Assembly (NCBI GenBank): GCA_050084985.1
Contig: JBITNC010000001.1
Location: forward strand, 67,890,001-67,954,000
Length of the DNA stretch: 64,000 nt
Reading direction: 5' to 3'
Origin: Nageia nagi
Lineage: Eukaryota > Plantae > Pinophyta
Shown here: one piece after another, positions 1 to 12,981 of the stretch
How the letters are laid out: every line of letters begins with the position of its first letter
Numbering within the stretch: position 1 is the stretch's first letter
Position numbers and translations under genes: made by a program
The notes under the pieces: model-generated
What the model saw: the letters and a program-made list of their open reading frames with translations, nothing else
The model's database searches: none
What the model was told of the DNA's origin: nothing

Positions 1-270
1 TGTAATCATTAATGAAAGTCATTATGTACTTATTTTAAATTACCAATTCAATTGGTATGGGTCCATACAAATATAAGTGAGTCTCATTCAATTTTCCCTC
101 TTTTATCCATGAAGATTTTAGGAATGGATAATTATGATGCTTTACAAGGATGTCATAAGCCTCACATTTTATTTCTTAATAGATGTCAACATGTATGATA
201 GAGAGCAATACATGATGAAAAGTAGTAAGTGATAGATATTTGACCTATATTAACACCTTCTTATAAGAAA

Positions 271-759
271 TGAAGGGATTGAACTATAAATAATACAATC
301 CTTAACTACCAAGATCACATGGAAGCTCACTCTAACATCAAGAACTCAAGCATAGACAATCTCACAAAGTGACTCAAGATATATAGTGGTTCCTCCAACT
401 AGGAGTACATCCACTAACTAGATTTTACTTCGTTCACAAAGACAACTCTCTTACAATCCTCCTAACTTCATCTTCTAATCACTATCTTAAAGCATAACTT
501 TGCTAAGTGATCACAAATAGGGGGCCTTCTATTTATAGGCCAAAATCCCCCTTTGGATCACCCTTTTAACCAATGTAAAAAGATATGACATGCAACTCCC
601 TTTTACCCAAGGGGCATGCTCATGAGATGGAGTGTAAGACAAGTTACATTATCATATTCACTTAAATACTTAAGGTAGCTAGTGATACCATTAAGTATTA
701 GTGAATTTACAAAGAGGATTATTACAAAACCTTACAATAATGCATTATACATTCCAACA
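271..759 (-). mobile_element. Solo LTR of a Ty1/copia family
   Basis: TG...CA ends and a perfect 5-bp TSD AGAAA (266-270, 760-764). Its reverse complement matches the LTRs at 47559, 54008 and 55211. Confidence 0.92.
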
Positions 760-2199
760 AGAAAACGTCAAACCTCATATGTGAGTATAAAATGCTATAT
801 ACTTGGAATTCCTCAATATCAGGATTTATATCAAATGATAGTGACAAATGGGTAGATGATGTGAGAAGTGAAAATAATTTATTTTCCTTATTACTTCCAA
901 CAAATTATATGTATTATTGATATTGTTTTCTTTCCTCCTATAAAAACACTAAATAAGATAATAAAATGGGAATGTAACTTCAACACTAATTAAGTGAGGT
1001 AGCATTACTTGCCTCCTTTTGAAAGAACATTAACATATGAAAGATACAATAAGAATTTGAAACTTGAAAAGAAAAATAGAACAATACATGAAGGATAATG
1101 ACTGATATTTCAAGTTTCAAGGCTTATCATTTTAGTTTTTTCCTTGCTATTTTGTGTATTATCATTCTAGAAATTTAAATTCAATAAATAAAAATTTACC
1201 AAAAAAAGAAAGAAATGAAAACTTGAAAACAAATAAGAAAACATGTAAAGAGAAGTTACCAATTATGCAATGTCTAAAAATCCTATGCTCAAATTTGACA
1301 ACAAAGTATTCATTTAGTTTAAAATCAATCTTGTTTAGACCACTTATTGCTTAATCCAAAAATAAAATAGGGAAATCTCAAATTTGACTTAAGTCACATA
1401 TGTGTTTAGAATGACTATGATGAAATGAAATATTACCAAACAAACACTTCCTTAATAAATGACATAAGCATAATATGTTTTGGAATAGATAATATACTAC
1501 AAGATGCAAAACAAATAATGTATTCAATTTATCAATTCAAAAATATTATAAATTAAAAATCCAAGTTAAAATTTGATGAATTTGAAAAGCTTTGCATTAC
1601 AAATTTTATTTGCGTCTCCAAAATAACTCTCCTCTTTGTAAAGAATTGTATCTTTTTTATGAAAATTCTACCTTCTTGATCTTATATGATATGTCTCTTT
1701 GCATTCTTTGATCTTTTTAATAAACCCTAATTCTTTCTTTTATAAGAGGAAGGAACTAGAATAGTTCATAGGTGGTTTTATAATATTTGCAATTTTCAAG
1801 GATAGTTTCAAAAACCCCTCTAAGACTCAAATTATCAATAAATATGACCTCTAAAATCTCTATTTATTGTAGACTATAAAATAAAATCCTATTGCATTCT
1901 AATAATACATATCTCAGCACATGACAACTATCCAACAAACATATATATGATGTCTTGGATAATATACACTCTAGTGATAATATACTCTAGAAAATATATT
2001 TCTTTACTATTATATATTCATATCAAATAATTATACCCATTTTTTATAATTCATTTTGTGATCATTGCATTACATGTATTTATATATTATTGTATTTCAT
2101 TTGATGAATATTAGCTTCATAACAATATCCACTCTCATAAATGATGGCATTCATGTTCAATCTTTTGTATTGTATTTTAATATGTACAATTCAGTAGTT

Positions 2200-3600
2200 T
2201 ACCTATAAAACCCTACACCCGAAACATATACTTTTTGATACACATTATGTCAAACAATTCACATATCATAACCTTGTAGATAATGCATTGAATAAGAATG
2301 TTTATCTACTACAAAATGTCCTAAATAAAATAGGCAATCTTCTCTGTTCTGCAGCTTCTCTAAATGCAAATTTCTAACAAAATAATAACTTCCTCATTGA
2401 AATGACTTTCACATGACCCTAGAATCATTGCAATCTATAAAATTATATTTTCATCATTGCTCTACCTCTATGCCCTTCAACATGTCTCCAACTATTACAA
2501 TCCTGCAACAACATCAATACCTTTTCAAAACTCTCATTTATTGTTTGTTAGAAAACCCATTTAGCGCATATCAAGTGATCATTATATACAATGAAACCAC
2601 ATTTTGATGAGGTATTTTATTAAAGAAAACTTTTGTATTCTTCTACTTTTAACATACATGTCTATCAAAGCAAGCATAATCACTCTACCTAATCTTTAAT
2701 AGACACCCAAATTAGAATGTTGGCAAAGATATTAAAGTTTGGATTCACACCAACTAATTTTTCAATTGTAAACTAAAATAAATATTTACTAATGAAATAC
2801 GATAATTTTTTGTCACTAAAAACATAACTATCTTTTACAAGAATTGACAATCTATCACCAAATCTATCAACTAGTTGTTTATTGATCAACACCCTTTTTC
2901 ATTCAATTTGGCCACATTTTCACCAAGGAATAGATACATTTTTTTATGCCTCCACATCATACATACATGTATTTCAAAGGCATGTAAAACCACAATATAT
3001 GATAACCACATAATATCATATATCCCTAATGTATAAACAAATTTTGCTAAAAATCTTCATTCTTTGATGATGTCTCAAAAATAAATTAGTAATGCTACAA
3101 AATCTTTTCAAACAACCACTTTGGTTATATCTAGTATGTCAATTGTGGAAATTTTTTAACACTTATGACACTTTAAATTGTATGATTGAACAAGATACCC
3201 TTTGGAGATAACTATACTTATCAATTGATCATGGAAGATTTGTTAATCACTTTACGAAGTTTACATTATATGATGTGATACATTTTCTCATGGAACATGA
3301 TAATTTCATATTAATAAAGATATGGATTCATGGAATATTGACCATAATGTACTAAGACACCAATACCTTATTATATTTGGACTACTCTCACCATTATATT
3401 TCGATAGACCTATTAACTTGTACATGACTATCCAAATGCTTGCCACAATAACAAAACTTGTAATCATAGATGGAAGGGAGTTCAAAAACCAGTAGACATT
3501 GATAATAAACTCCAATGACTTATTTTGATTACAGATAATCACAATTGCCCTAATCTTGAAAGGGTGTGGTTTCTTTTGACTTTGCAATCAATGGAAATTT
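2200..3600 (-). mobile_element. Highly degenerate retrotransposon gag-like relic
   Basis: Only a KYNGE..P-like gag motif in ORF 3306..3587. Boundaries approximate. Confidence 0.25.
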
Positions 3601-4759
3601 TGAACTTGGTTGGATTCTTGAGTAGACACAGAATGTTCAATGGATGTTTGTTAATGTGGGCTTATCGTTGCCATTAGCATGTATGTGACTCATGCATCTC
3701 TTAAGATGATCCAAAGATTGATTGGATTATTCTTCTTTTGGCCCAATAGATGTGGGTTAGTGAGACTCTTTTTCAAATATATCTTTATAAGATCAGGGAT
3801 TTTAAAATTGAATGTTTTAAAAGGACAAGTGTAAAGTATTCCCATCAAACATTGAAGTGGTGTACAAGGATGACAGTGAAGATGATTGACAAGATGGAAC
3901 ATGGTGGAATCATGAGAATAGGTAGTGGATGTTGATAGGACAAAAAGAAAGTGGTGAAACATGTCGATGTAAGGTGTGGCCATGTGTGAAGGTCGAGGTT
4001 TTATTTTTTTGTTGTTGGTTTCATATGTTTATACATGTATACAAAAATACTGAACAAGGTTAGAGCAAGAAAATAAGTAATCAATAAATAATTTTTATAT
4101 TAAAAGTAATAGTCATGAAAATGATCGATAAAAAGATTTATTGGTTTTCTCAACGAATTGCTCGACTCATGAGAGAGCCAAAAAAGATCATCATAAAAAA
4201 TCGAGTGGCATAAACATGAAAGAAAATATGGAATAGGAGGCATGTGGGATATAATCATAAGTGGGTGGGATAATAAAAAAGGTGGTGGTGGTGAATATGG
4301 ATGGTGTGCCACTAAGGAAGCCTACGTCATGGTGATTATATGGTGTAAGTCTAATAAAAGGATACATGGTGTAGAATATGGTGAATGTGGTATAAATAAA
4401 ATTTTGTTAGTAAATTTTTGTACATATATACGGGAAAAATGAGATGGTGAGATAATATCAAAAAATAAGAAGTTAGTGGATAATTGAGGTAAATTCATAT
4501 GTAAAGGAAGACAAAAGTGATGTGGAGTAAACATTTTCTTGGGTCCCTCATTTGAGATGAGAAAATAGATAAAATCAAATATGATAAGTGAAGGGACAAT
4601 ATAAGAATCTGACTAGGGGATTTTGTATAGTAAATATGGGATAAAAGAATGAGGAGAATATGTGAAAGGAAAAAAGGAAAAATAAATAGAGAGGCACAAC
4701 AAAATGAAGAAAAAGAGGTGGGGATTGGACTTGGATTGTATCCAACTGGTGGGCATACA

Positions 4760-7520
4760 CCATCCCCATTCGACAGTGTAGGGTGGCCCTTAGTTGAAAA
4801 CAATACAAGTCACCATAAGAATGAATTGGATGTAATAAAAGGGATTTTGGCTAAAGAAGATGACACATGTTGGATAAAAAGATTATGGAGTGGGATGAAT
4901 AGTGTAAAAAGACACACATATTTTTTTAGTATTTTATATTCATTTTGTGTTGGTTTGGTTTTTTTTTTACAATTGAAGCAGGAAAAAAATATGTATTATG
5001 TATAGGGTAAAATGTTGTTTCCACTTACATGCTTCAGTGGATAGCAATACATCAAAAAAACCCAAGATCATGTAGGGGTATTAGCAATACTATCGAGGGA
5101 GCTAGAAGTTGAATCTTCTAGCTCAAAAGTAAGTGTGCTTGGCCTGTTGAACAAGGAATTACATGTTATTAGTGTAAAATGGTAAGTGATCAAGAATAAT
5201 GGAAAAAATGTCCAATGATTATGGCCTCTGATAAGTTTTGATGAGAATGTGGATTCCCAATAAAGATTGCATCACTAAAGCATGTATGCCACAATGAAAT
5301 GATGCTAATACTCTTACAAGTAAAATGCAATGGGATCAACGTAATAGAGTAATCGACGAATTTGAGAATTCCATAAACAGTAGAGGATGATCTTCCATGT
5401 CTAGTTGGGTTGAGTGATGAGTTGGAAAAGTAGGCAAAAGTGCTTTGAAGAATATGTGTGGCTAATAACACAAATTGCCCAATGATGGGGTACATGAGAA
5501 AATTGTATGCTCACAAAATGTTGGCACATAACAATTTCTAAAGTGAGACACACACATCGAACTAGACGATAATGAATGCTTCGATGGAGGATATCTTCCT
5601 CAAAGTTGAAGGGAAAACCATGAAAGAGAGACATGTCCATGAGTATGTATGTAGAGACAAATAACAGTTGGGATAAAACATGTAAAGATTTGGAACTCAC
5701 TACGAGTTCTTACAATCGATGGAGGTGATGTAGCTTATGGATACAAAATTTGATTTTTCTATGTGAATATATAGATTTGAAATGGAGAATGGAGGGTGAG
5801 GATTAATTTTAAAGACATCGATAGAGATGAAATGAAAGGTGTAGTTGCATTTGTATGATTATGAATTTGTATACACGTGTGAATATGATAAGAAAATCCT
5901 AATTTATTTTAATAAGAAGGATTACCAATGACAAGCACAAATAGGTAGCATTTATGGTATTCCTAACTCTTGATTTAGTGAAAGAGCGCTAGAATGAGAA
6001 GAGCTTGTATCAGACTCATAGACACTAGATTCTAGCTTATCAAGTTCCTCCAAGATCATATGATGGGTAAGTGGCAAAAAATGACAAGAGATTGAAAACT
6101 TGTGGTAGAGAATCTAATGTGTGTGACACCAAGAAAGTTGGAAGGAGTAAGTGTTTTGCCACTGTAAGTCATATTGTCAAATCACCCAAGCTAGTGTTGA
6201 GGGTTCAAAATGCTAACAGGAATATAAAGCTATTAGGCTAATGTATTGCATAAGTTGCAAAATATATGCATTAAACGAAGTATACAACATGAGACACCAT
6301 GTCCAATTGGGTTTACTAAGAAGATGGATGTAAAGGCAAAGATGATCATTGTGATTGATATGATAAAGCATGAAAACACCAAAATTATTATTATCATAAA
6401 GCGAGGAATACGAGTCATTTCTGCAAAAGAGTCATAGAGGCAATGGAAGAGCATTGAACTAATGATAAGTGAATTACATGATGGAGGATGTTGTCCTACA
6501 AATCAAGTGAGTGAGCATGGAAGCATGAGAAATAATGAAGTGAGGTGGAGAAATTAGATATCAGTTGTGATGAATGTGGTAGAGCAAATAGAGGGACACA
6601 AATGTAAAGGTGATATAATTACGATAATAATAGATGCAGAAAGAAAATGAGAGTGGGTAATGAAAAAAGGTTGGATATGATTTATTATTGGGATGAAGGA
6701 TGTATGGAGAGAGAAATCTCACATTGAAATCTTTTGTCGAAAGATTATGTTGCATGGTTAAAAAGAAATAACTAAGAAGTTAATAAAAAAGGATCATATG
6801 AATGATATGAGGGCGATTACAAGACATAACAAGCACATGCTATAGTAGCAAAGAGGTTTATTTTGTACTAGTTGTGAATGATTGCATGATATGACTTAAT
6901 GAGGATAATGATGAATATAGAAAGTGTGAGGCTAGAAAAAGGTGATTATTCTTGGAAAGTGTGAGGTATTTATGGAGGGGAAAATCTATCATCGAAATGC
7001 AGTTCGAGGATCAGGTAAATGATAAGTATTCTCTTCTCAATAATGATGATGGGATGTGAATAGGAAAGGTAATGATGACCCTATTTTCAAAATTTTAAAT
7101 AAGACATGGGGGAACAAGATTATTGGGATGATAGGTTTAAGGCCAAAACTTCCATTAATGTGTAGAACGAGCACTTAACCATGTGATTAGATTGTCCAAT
7201 GACTGGTTTTATCAATCTAGTTCCATCTGAATGTGAAAAAAGGATAATCCCATTCAACGATATTTTAATGCTGATTCAACCTTATTGTATAGGACATGTA
7301 AGGGGAACATGTATAGGAATTATAAGACAGACTGCTCAACAACTATTTTGTAGTCCACTTCCATTTGCATGTGTAGAGAATTTATAGTTCTTGTAATTTT
7401 TGATGTCATTCAACGACCTTAGACTCGAACAAGGAAAAGTAGTAACAGGGTTGAATTTGATTTTTTGTGTGGGAGGTTAACAAAATTGTCACCTTTTCTC
7501 ACATAGGGAATTAAGTGTTA
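4760..7520 (-). mobile_element. Degenerate Ty3/gypsy internal region (gag-RT-RH-INT order)
   Basis: Broken motifs: DDILVFS-like at ~6370, FLG..FY.KF-like RT/RH linker at ~6100-6145, integrase-like remnants at 5200-5700. Many stops; limits approximate. Confidence 0.5.
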
Positions 7521-8471
7521 CCATGACGATATCATGCGCTTATGATGATTGATATTCTCATTTTCATTGTTATAGTTTTAAGAGTTTATGATCACATATG
7601 TTTGGAAGGTGGTATTTTATGTCTCTCTTTTTTAGGTTATTATTTGCTCTTGGTTGTTCTCATTCCATGGATAGCCATTTCATTTCACAACCAATTCAAA
7701 GAGGGGGCACCATATATCATCAAACCTTTGATGATTGGATGGTTCTACAACAAAAACAGGGAAGTATCAAATTTTTTTTCTCTTTCTTTTCAATTTCATT
7801 TGCAAATAAAATAATTATATCAATCTTGTCTCATGTTAATTATGTTTTCTTGTTCCTTTCTCATGCAATCTTATGGCCTTATGTGCCAAGTAACCCATCA
7901 TCGACACTTGCCTTCCTAAAAGGAAATTAGAGGTTATCTCACATATATAAGGGTAAGTATGATTGCAGGGAAAGTTATCAAGATTTCAATCTCAATAACT
8001 AGTACCACTTCAAAGTTTTGGTGTTTATCAACATCGCCTGTTAAGATTGGGATTTTGTTATCACGAGCATATATGTTATTCCATATTCCATAGTTATATG
8101 TCTGGCTCGACTTGATCATTTTTTGTGCTCTAGATCTTGATTCTGAACTCCATTCCTTTAGATGCCTAGCATCTGCGTTACCATGCACATCGACATTATC
8201 AATCAAAACCCAATGTCCGCATTCCTATGGACATTCACATTATTGTTCCAATTTTTTGTCTGCATATAATAATCGTCATCCAAGTAAGGTTTACAAGTAT
8301 TTACCCTTCACTTGATCCCAATCTTATTAGTGTGTTTGTTATCTTGATCCATTAGTCCAAATTTTTTATTTACTGTTACATTTGTTTACATTTAAATTAT
8401 TGTCTTTTGTTATTGTTGATCCATGTTTATCTAAGTTAATAAAAAGGATGATATATTATCACATTTTAATG

Positions 8472-10240
8472 TTTTGATATGGTTACTACTTTGTTCATAC
8501 TAGGGGTCACTAAAAATATTCAACAACTACTCTTTCATGTCTTCAGGCTACATTCCAACATTTTTCATATTGGATAGGGCTTTTGTCACTTTTTGGGAAT
8601 CCAACTTCTTATTTGTGGTTGAGCTCCTTTTTCTCTTTTTCATCTTCCTTGGGGCCAAATTCTTGAGGTCATGGATCTTTGCTTGGTTGTGCATCTAAAT
8701 TTCCTCTTGCAATGGTACTTTGCCTTTCGCATAATACCATGGAAGAAGCATAATGATCTTTGTTCCATGATCATGGGGTCTTCATTAGGGTTTGTAGGTT
8801 CATTTGTTGGTGTTGGATCAGTCTCCATTACTAACAAGACTCAACACCTCCATTGTTTGATGGTCCTTACCCTTCTTACCTATCTTTGAATAAGCTTTGT
8901 TGCTTGTTTGTTTCCCCTTCTTTCCAACTTTGTCTTTTCGAACATAAGGCTCCTTTCCTATCTCCACTAACAATACATAAGCCTTATGGGTCTCCATTCG
9001 ATTGGTCCTTTCCTAAACTCGAACCTTCCCTTTTTCCTTAGTCGTGGCTCTCTTGTCCAGCATTTAGCTCTATCTTTCACTTGGCTACTCTTCCAATCGT
9101 TTGCCTCCTACTTTTGAGTATTCCATTTTTAACTCAATTTTTCCTTTGATGGCTCCTTATTCTCCTTTTTATCCCCTTCCAAGCCACATTTCGATTGTGC
9201 ATTGATTGTCATCTCATACATCATTGCAATTAAACCTTGATGTCACAAAGCCTCAATTTTTTCTTCCTTAACATCTTAACAAAATTTCTCAAGGAATCCA
9301 ACAAGAAGAAAGGAAAATTGACCTTTCTTTCTCCTCCCTTTCTAAAGTAATTCAACATAAGATTGTGTGGGATGAAGATAATAGTATAACTATTATCCAA
9401 TGTGAAGTATTTGATGACCCAGGAATCCATCATATCCCGTAGTTTTGGTAGATGCACTCTAAGATAGCTTGTTCTAAAGGTGATTAATGTTTTCCCTTCT
9501 TGAAGAAATGCATTGATTTCCTTTTAGGACAACTTTCTCTTTAACCATATCCCTTCAAAGCTCATCCTTGAGACCTTCACAATAGCTTACATGGAGAAAT
9601 TAATCTCAATCAACCCCACTAAAGATTTGTGTTCCTCCCATGCATTAACCACTGCGAAAAAAGACTTCATCATAGTCTTGGCATTGCTTCAAAAAGTCAA
9701 TTACACTTAATCTTAATTTCCTCCAACATTCCTTGTCTCGCTTTGCCTCTCTAAAATTCTTAGGTTCTACTTTACATGCCATACCCATATTTACTCTCAA
9801 CTTACTTATGCTAGAATGAGAAATACACACCTTTCTTGGCAAATATAGTCAATGGGTCTTGCCAAGGAGGGGATTGCCTGGAATTACAATCATGTAATAT
9901 CTTCATTAAATTAACTTACACCTGTTACGAAGAATCATGGCTTTTTTCCATAGATTATCAGCATTGAGTATCACAACCCATATAAAGCAAGAGATCTTTG
10001 GAATTAATCCCTTAGTCCATACCTTGGCCCATACAATGGTCCACTTATTTGTCAAGTTCTAATATAGTACGTTGTATCCTAACTCAACCAAGTACTCTTT
10101 TCTCCCTTCCAAAACCTATCCAAATGATAGAATCAAGTTTTTTTGTAGGATATAGTTTGTATCTTTCCAACATCCTCATAATCCTCTAGGGTTGCTCTTC
10201 CATTTCCAAATCAGGGTCTAGGGAATGAATTGCTTTTGGA
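8472..10240 (-). mobile_element. 5'-truncated L1-clade LINE: ORF2 zf-RVT remnant followed by ORF3 homolog
   Basis: KVWTKGLIPKISCFIW (zf-RVT) at ~9980-10030. Then MGMACKVEPK...CWRKL...VIKYFTLD...LNYFR...VNFPFFL (9790->9230). The 3' end near 8472-8516 resembles that of the full LINE. Confidence 0.7.
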
Positions 10241-12890
10241 TTCTCTCTTTTTTTATAATATTTTTTTGTACTAAAGAACAATTTTCCTTAATTTATTCTA
10301 TAATTATCATTTAGTGTTGCATCTTTTGACCAAGAACCTATTAGATAATAAATATGAAAACATAATGAATTATAAATCTAGAAGGCAATTCCAACTAGAT
10401 TACATAATACAAAAAGAACATTTCCCCAAGGCTCATTTAGTTCCTTTTAAGTGATCCACTTTTATAGTGTTGTACTAGGACAAAAGTTTGTTAACATCCT
10501 TTTAAGCCCATTAATTTGTAAGACATATTGAAGTTTGTCCAAAAATAAATATATATCAATTAAGTATTTGAATGATTATTTCTCATATAAAAAAAAACAA
10601 AAACCATGCACAAGTATTCCAAGAAAAACAAGAATATTCCCAAGGACAACTGACCACAATCACTCATCCAATGAAAAAAAAAATCGTTAAAGTAAAATTC
10701 TAGAACCAAATCAAGAGAAAAATGATGATGATGTTTGTTAAAACTTCCAAATAATTACTAGCAATAAATCTAAGATTCATGATAGTTGTTTCTAAAATTT
10801 TACATAAAATACTCCACAATTGCTTCTTCCATCAGTTTACCAAAACTAAATAATATTAAAAACTAGGAATGAATGTTTGGCTCTCTTACATAACTTGCAG
10901 TTGCATATAATAAAGTTATGTTTATCATTGCCAATAAAAAGATAAATTAAGCAATTATTGATGGTTTGGATCCAACCGAGAGGCGAAATGATGTTGCTTT
11001 TTTCTTGGCTAAACTCTTACATTGGCGATCACATTGCTCTTTCAACATTGAAGCAAGAAGCTTTTGATATTCAACTACCACTTCCTTAGCCTTAGCAATT
11101 TATTTATTCTTTTATTATTCTTGCTTGCTTCCTTTGTAGTGTTAAGGGTGTTACAAGTGTATGAATCTTTGGAGCTTTGGTTCACTTCTTACCTATCTTT
11201 GATTGAAAAAATTACAAAACTATCAAATGCCAATCTATTTTTCAATCCCATATCATTGATAACTTTAAACATCTCAAAAACATTTAAGGTATCAAAGGTC
11301 ACACTTAATGCCATGAAAGGTATAAGGTTCGAGAACAAATAAGAGGATGCGCTAGCAAGTTGTAGGAGCTCATGAAGAAATTGAGAATTGTAAGTGTTAC
11401 AAATAGTAACACCTTTACAAGCATCTTTCAAACATACACCAAAATGGCGGATTTACAAATAATTGAGTTTACATATCTATCAAAGGCTGTTTGAAAGCAG
11501 AAACTTTCTCAAATATTATGATTGTGAATGCTATGTCACACATGAATGCAAGTTTAAAGAATATGCAAAGGATGCAAGTATCGTTTTACAAAAAAATGTA
11601 ACAAAGAGACAATTGCAAATTATACAATGATAGTTGGATGTGAATAAAATAGATTTGTTGACAATGCCACAAACATTTTTTTAACAAATGCAATTGTCAG
11701 GCTCTATAATCTTTGCTAGCATCGTTCCAACATACAAACTTTACTAGCATCCTTCCAAAAGATTAAATATCTCACCAGGTCATAACAAAGACTTTCATTG
11801 ATACTCCTGCAGCTATTTTGAACATTCAAACTGAGCTAGGCAAAAAAATTGGGTCTTCTTTCACCATTAAAACCAAAAATAAAACAAAACAAAAATCAAG
11901 ATAACTTAAAGATTCTCAAATTCCCCCTTTATCCTCATTAATAGGAGAAAACTATCATCAACAAACTACCCATTGATAAACTAATGAGGGGAATTATGAA
12001 GAGCAATACAATATAATAAATAATGTATCAAAGTTTATACATAGTAAATATCATTTAATGTAGTAATGAAGTAAATGCTCATAATGTACAAATAGAAACA
12101 AATGTTTTATCTAGATAGCCTGATAAAATTATTTTTATTGCGACTACAATGAGCATCGACCATACCTGCAAGGTCTGTGTCACTATTATATATCATAGAG
12201 TGTCATTCACTCACTTTTGCAACTTAGCTTTCTTCACCTTCAAACTTGTAAGATACCTTTCATGGATCATATTAAGGGATGTGAGATTTGTACAATACCC
12301 AGTACAATTTTGTAATCTAGAAGAATCCGTCAAAATGAAAAAAGCAACAAAAAATCAAAAACATGCTAACGGGCCAAGGACTTTTATTTAACAAAAGCAT
12401 AAAAACCTGCTCATTCTATGCAGCTAAGAATACAAATTCAAAGAATAACGTCCTTTTCAACAAGAATACTATTGTGTTTCTCATTGAATAAAATGTATTT
12501 CCATGATTAACATTAGTGACTACAAATGGAACTGCAGCCTAAGCTTAAACATATGAATCAGGAAATCTCGCAACCCTGCTTTTCTTAGCAGATAGTTGAT
12601 AATCATTCCTAAAATCCATATAACCACCTTCTATAAAGGGATCCTCTTTCTACACTTCGAATTCATGTCATGAATTATGAGTATCTTGAATGCTTAACTC
12701 TGTTTGTGTGCATATTATTTTTGACTGTATAGATTTGACAGTATATATTTTTGGGTCAAAGCATCTGAATCATAAGTTACCATGTAAGCCAAAGCACTTC
12801 GGGCTGCCATTGTTGAGAAACCTCATTGGTTCGAGCACGCAACAAGCTATTGCAAGCCTGTAAAAATAGATTACTTGCAGAGATGAAGGC

Positions 12891-12981
12891 TTAGACTAAG
12901 TCACTGGAATCTAACCTGTAATTGTTATCACGGTTTCTCATGCTCCTTGTTTCGAGAACCTTTTGCATTGCATAGTGACAT
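12891..12981 (-). CDS. Lipase exon 13 (terminal)
   Basis: CHYAMQKVLE...DLV*; ttttcag acceptor; TAA at 12891-12893. Confidence 0.82.

Noticed and set aside
12772-12915. Possible extra 58-nt intron and alternative last exon
   Set aside because: The intron is very short and there is no homology support; read-through to TAA at 12891 is simpler.
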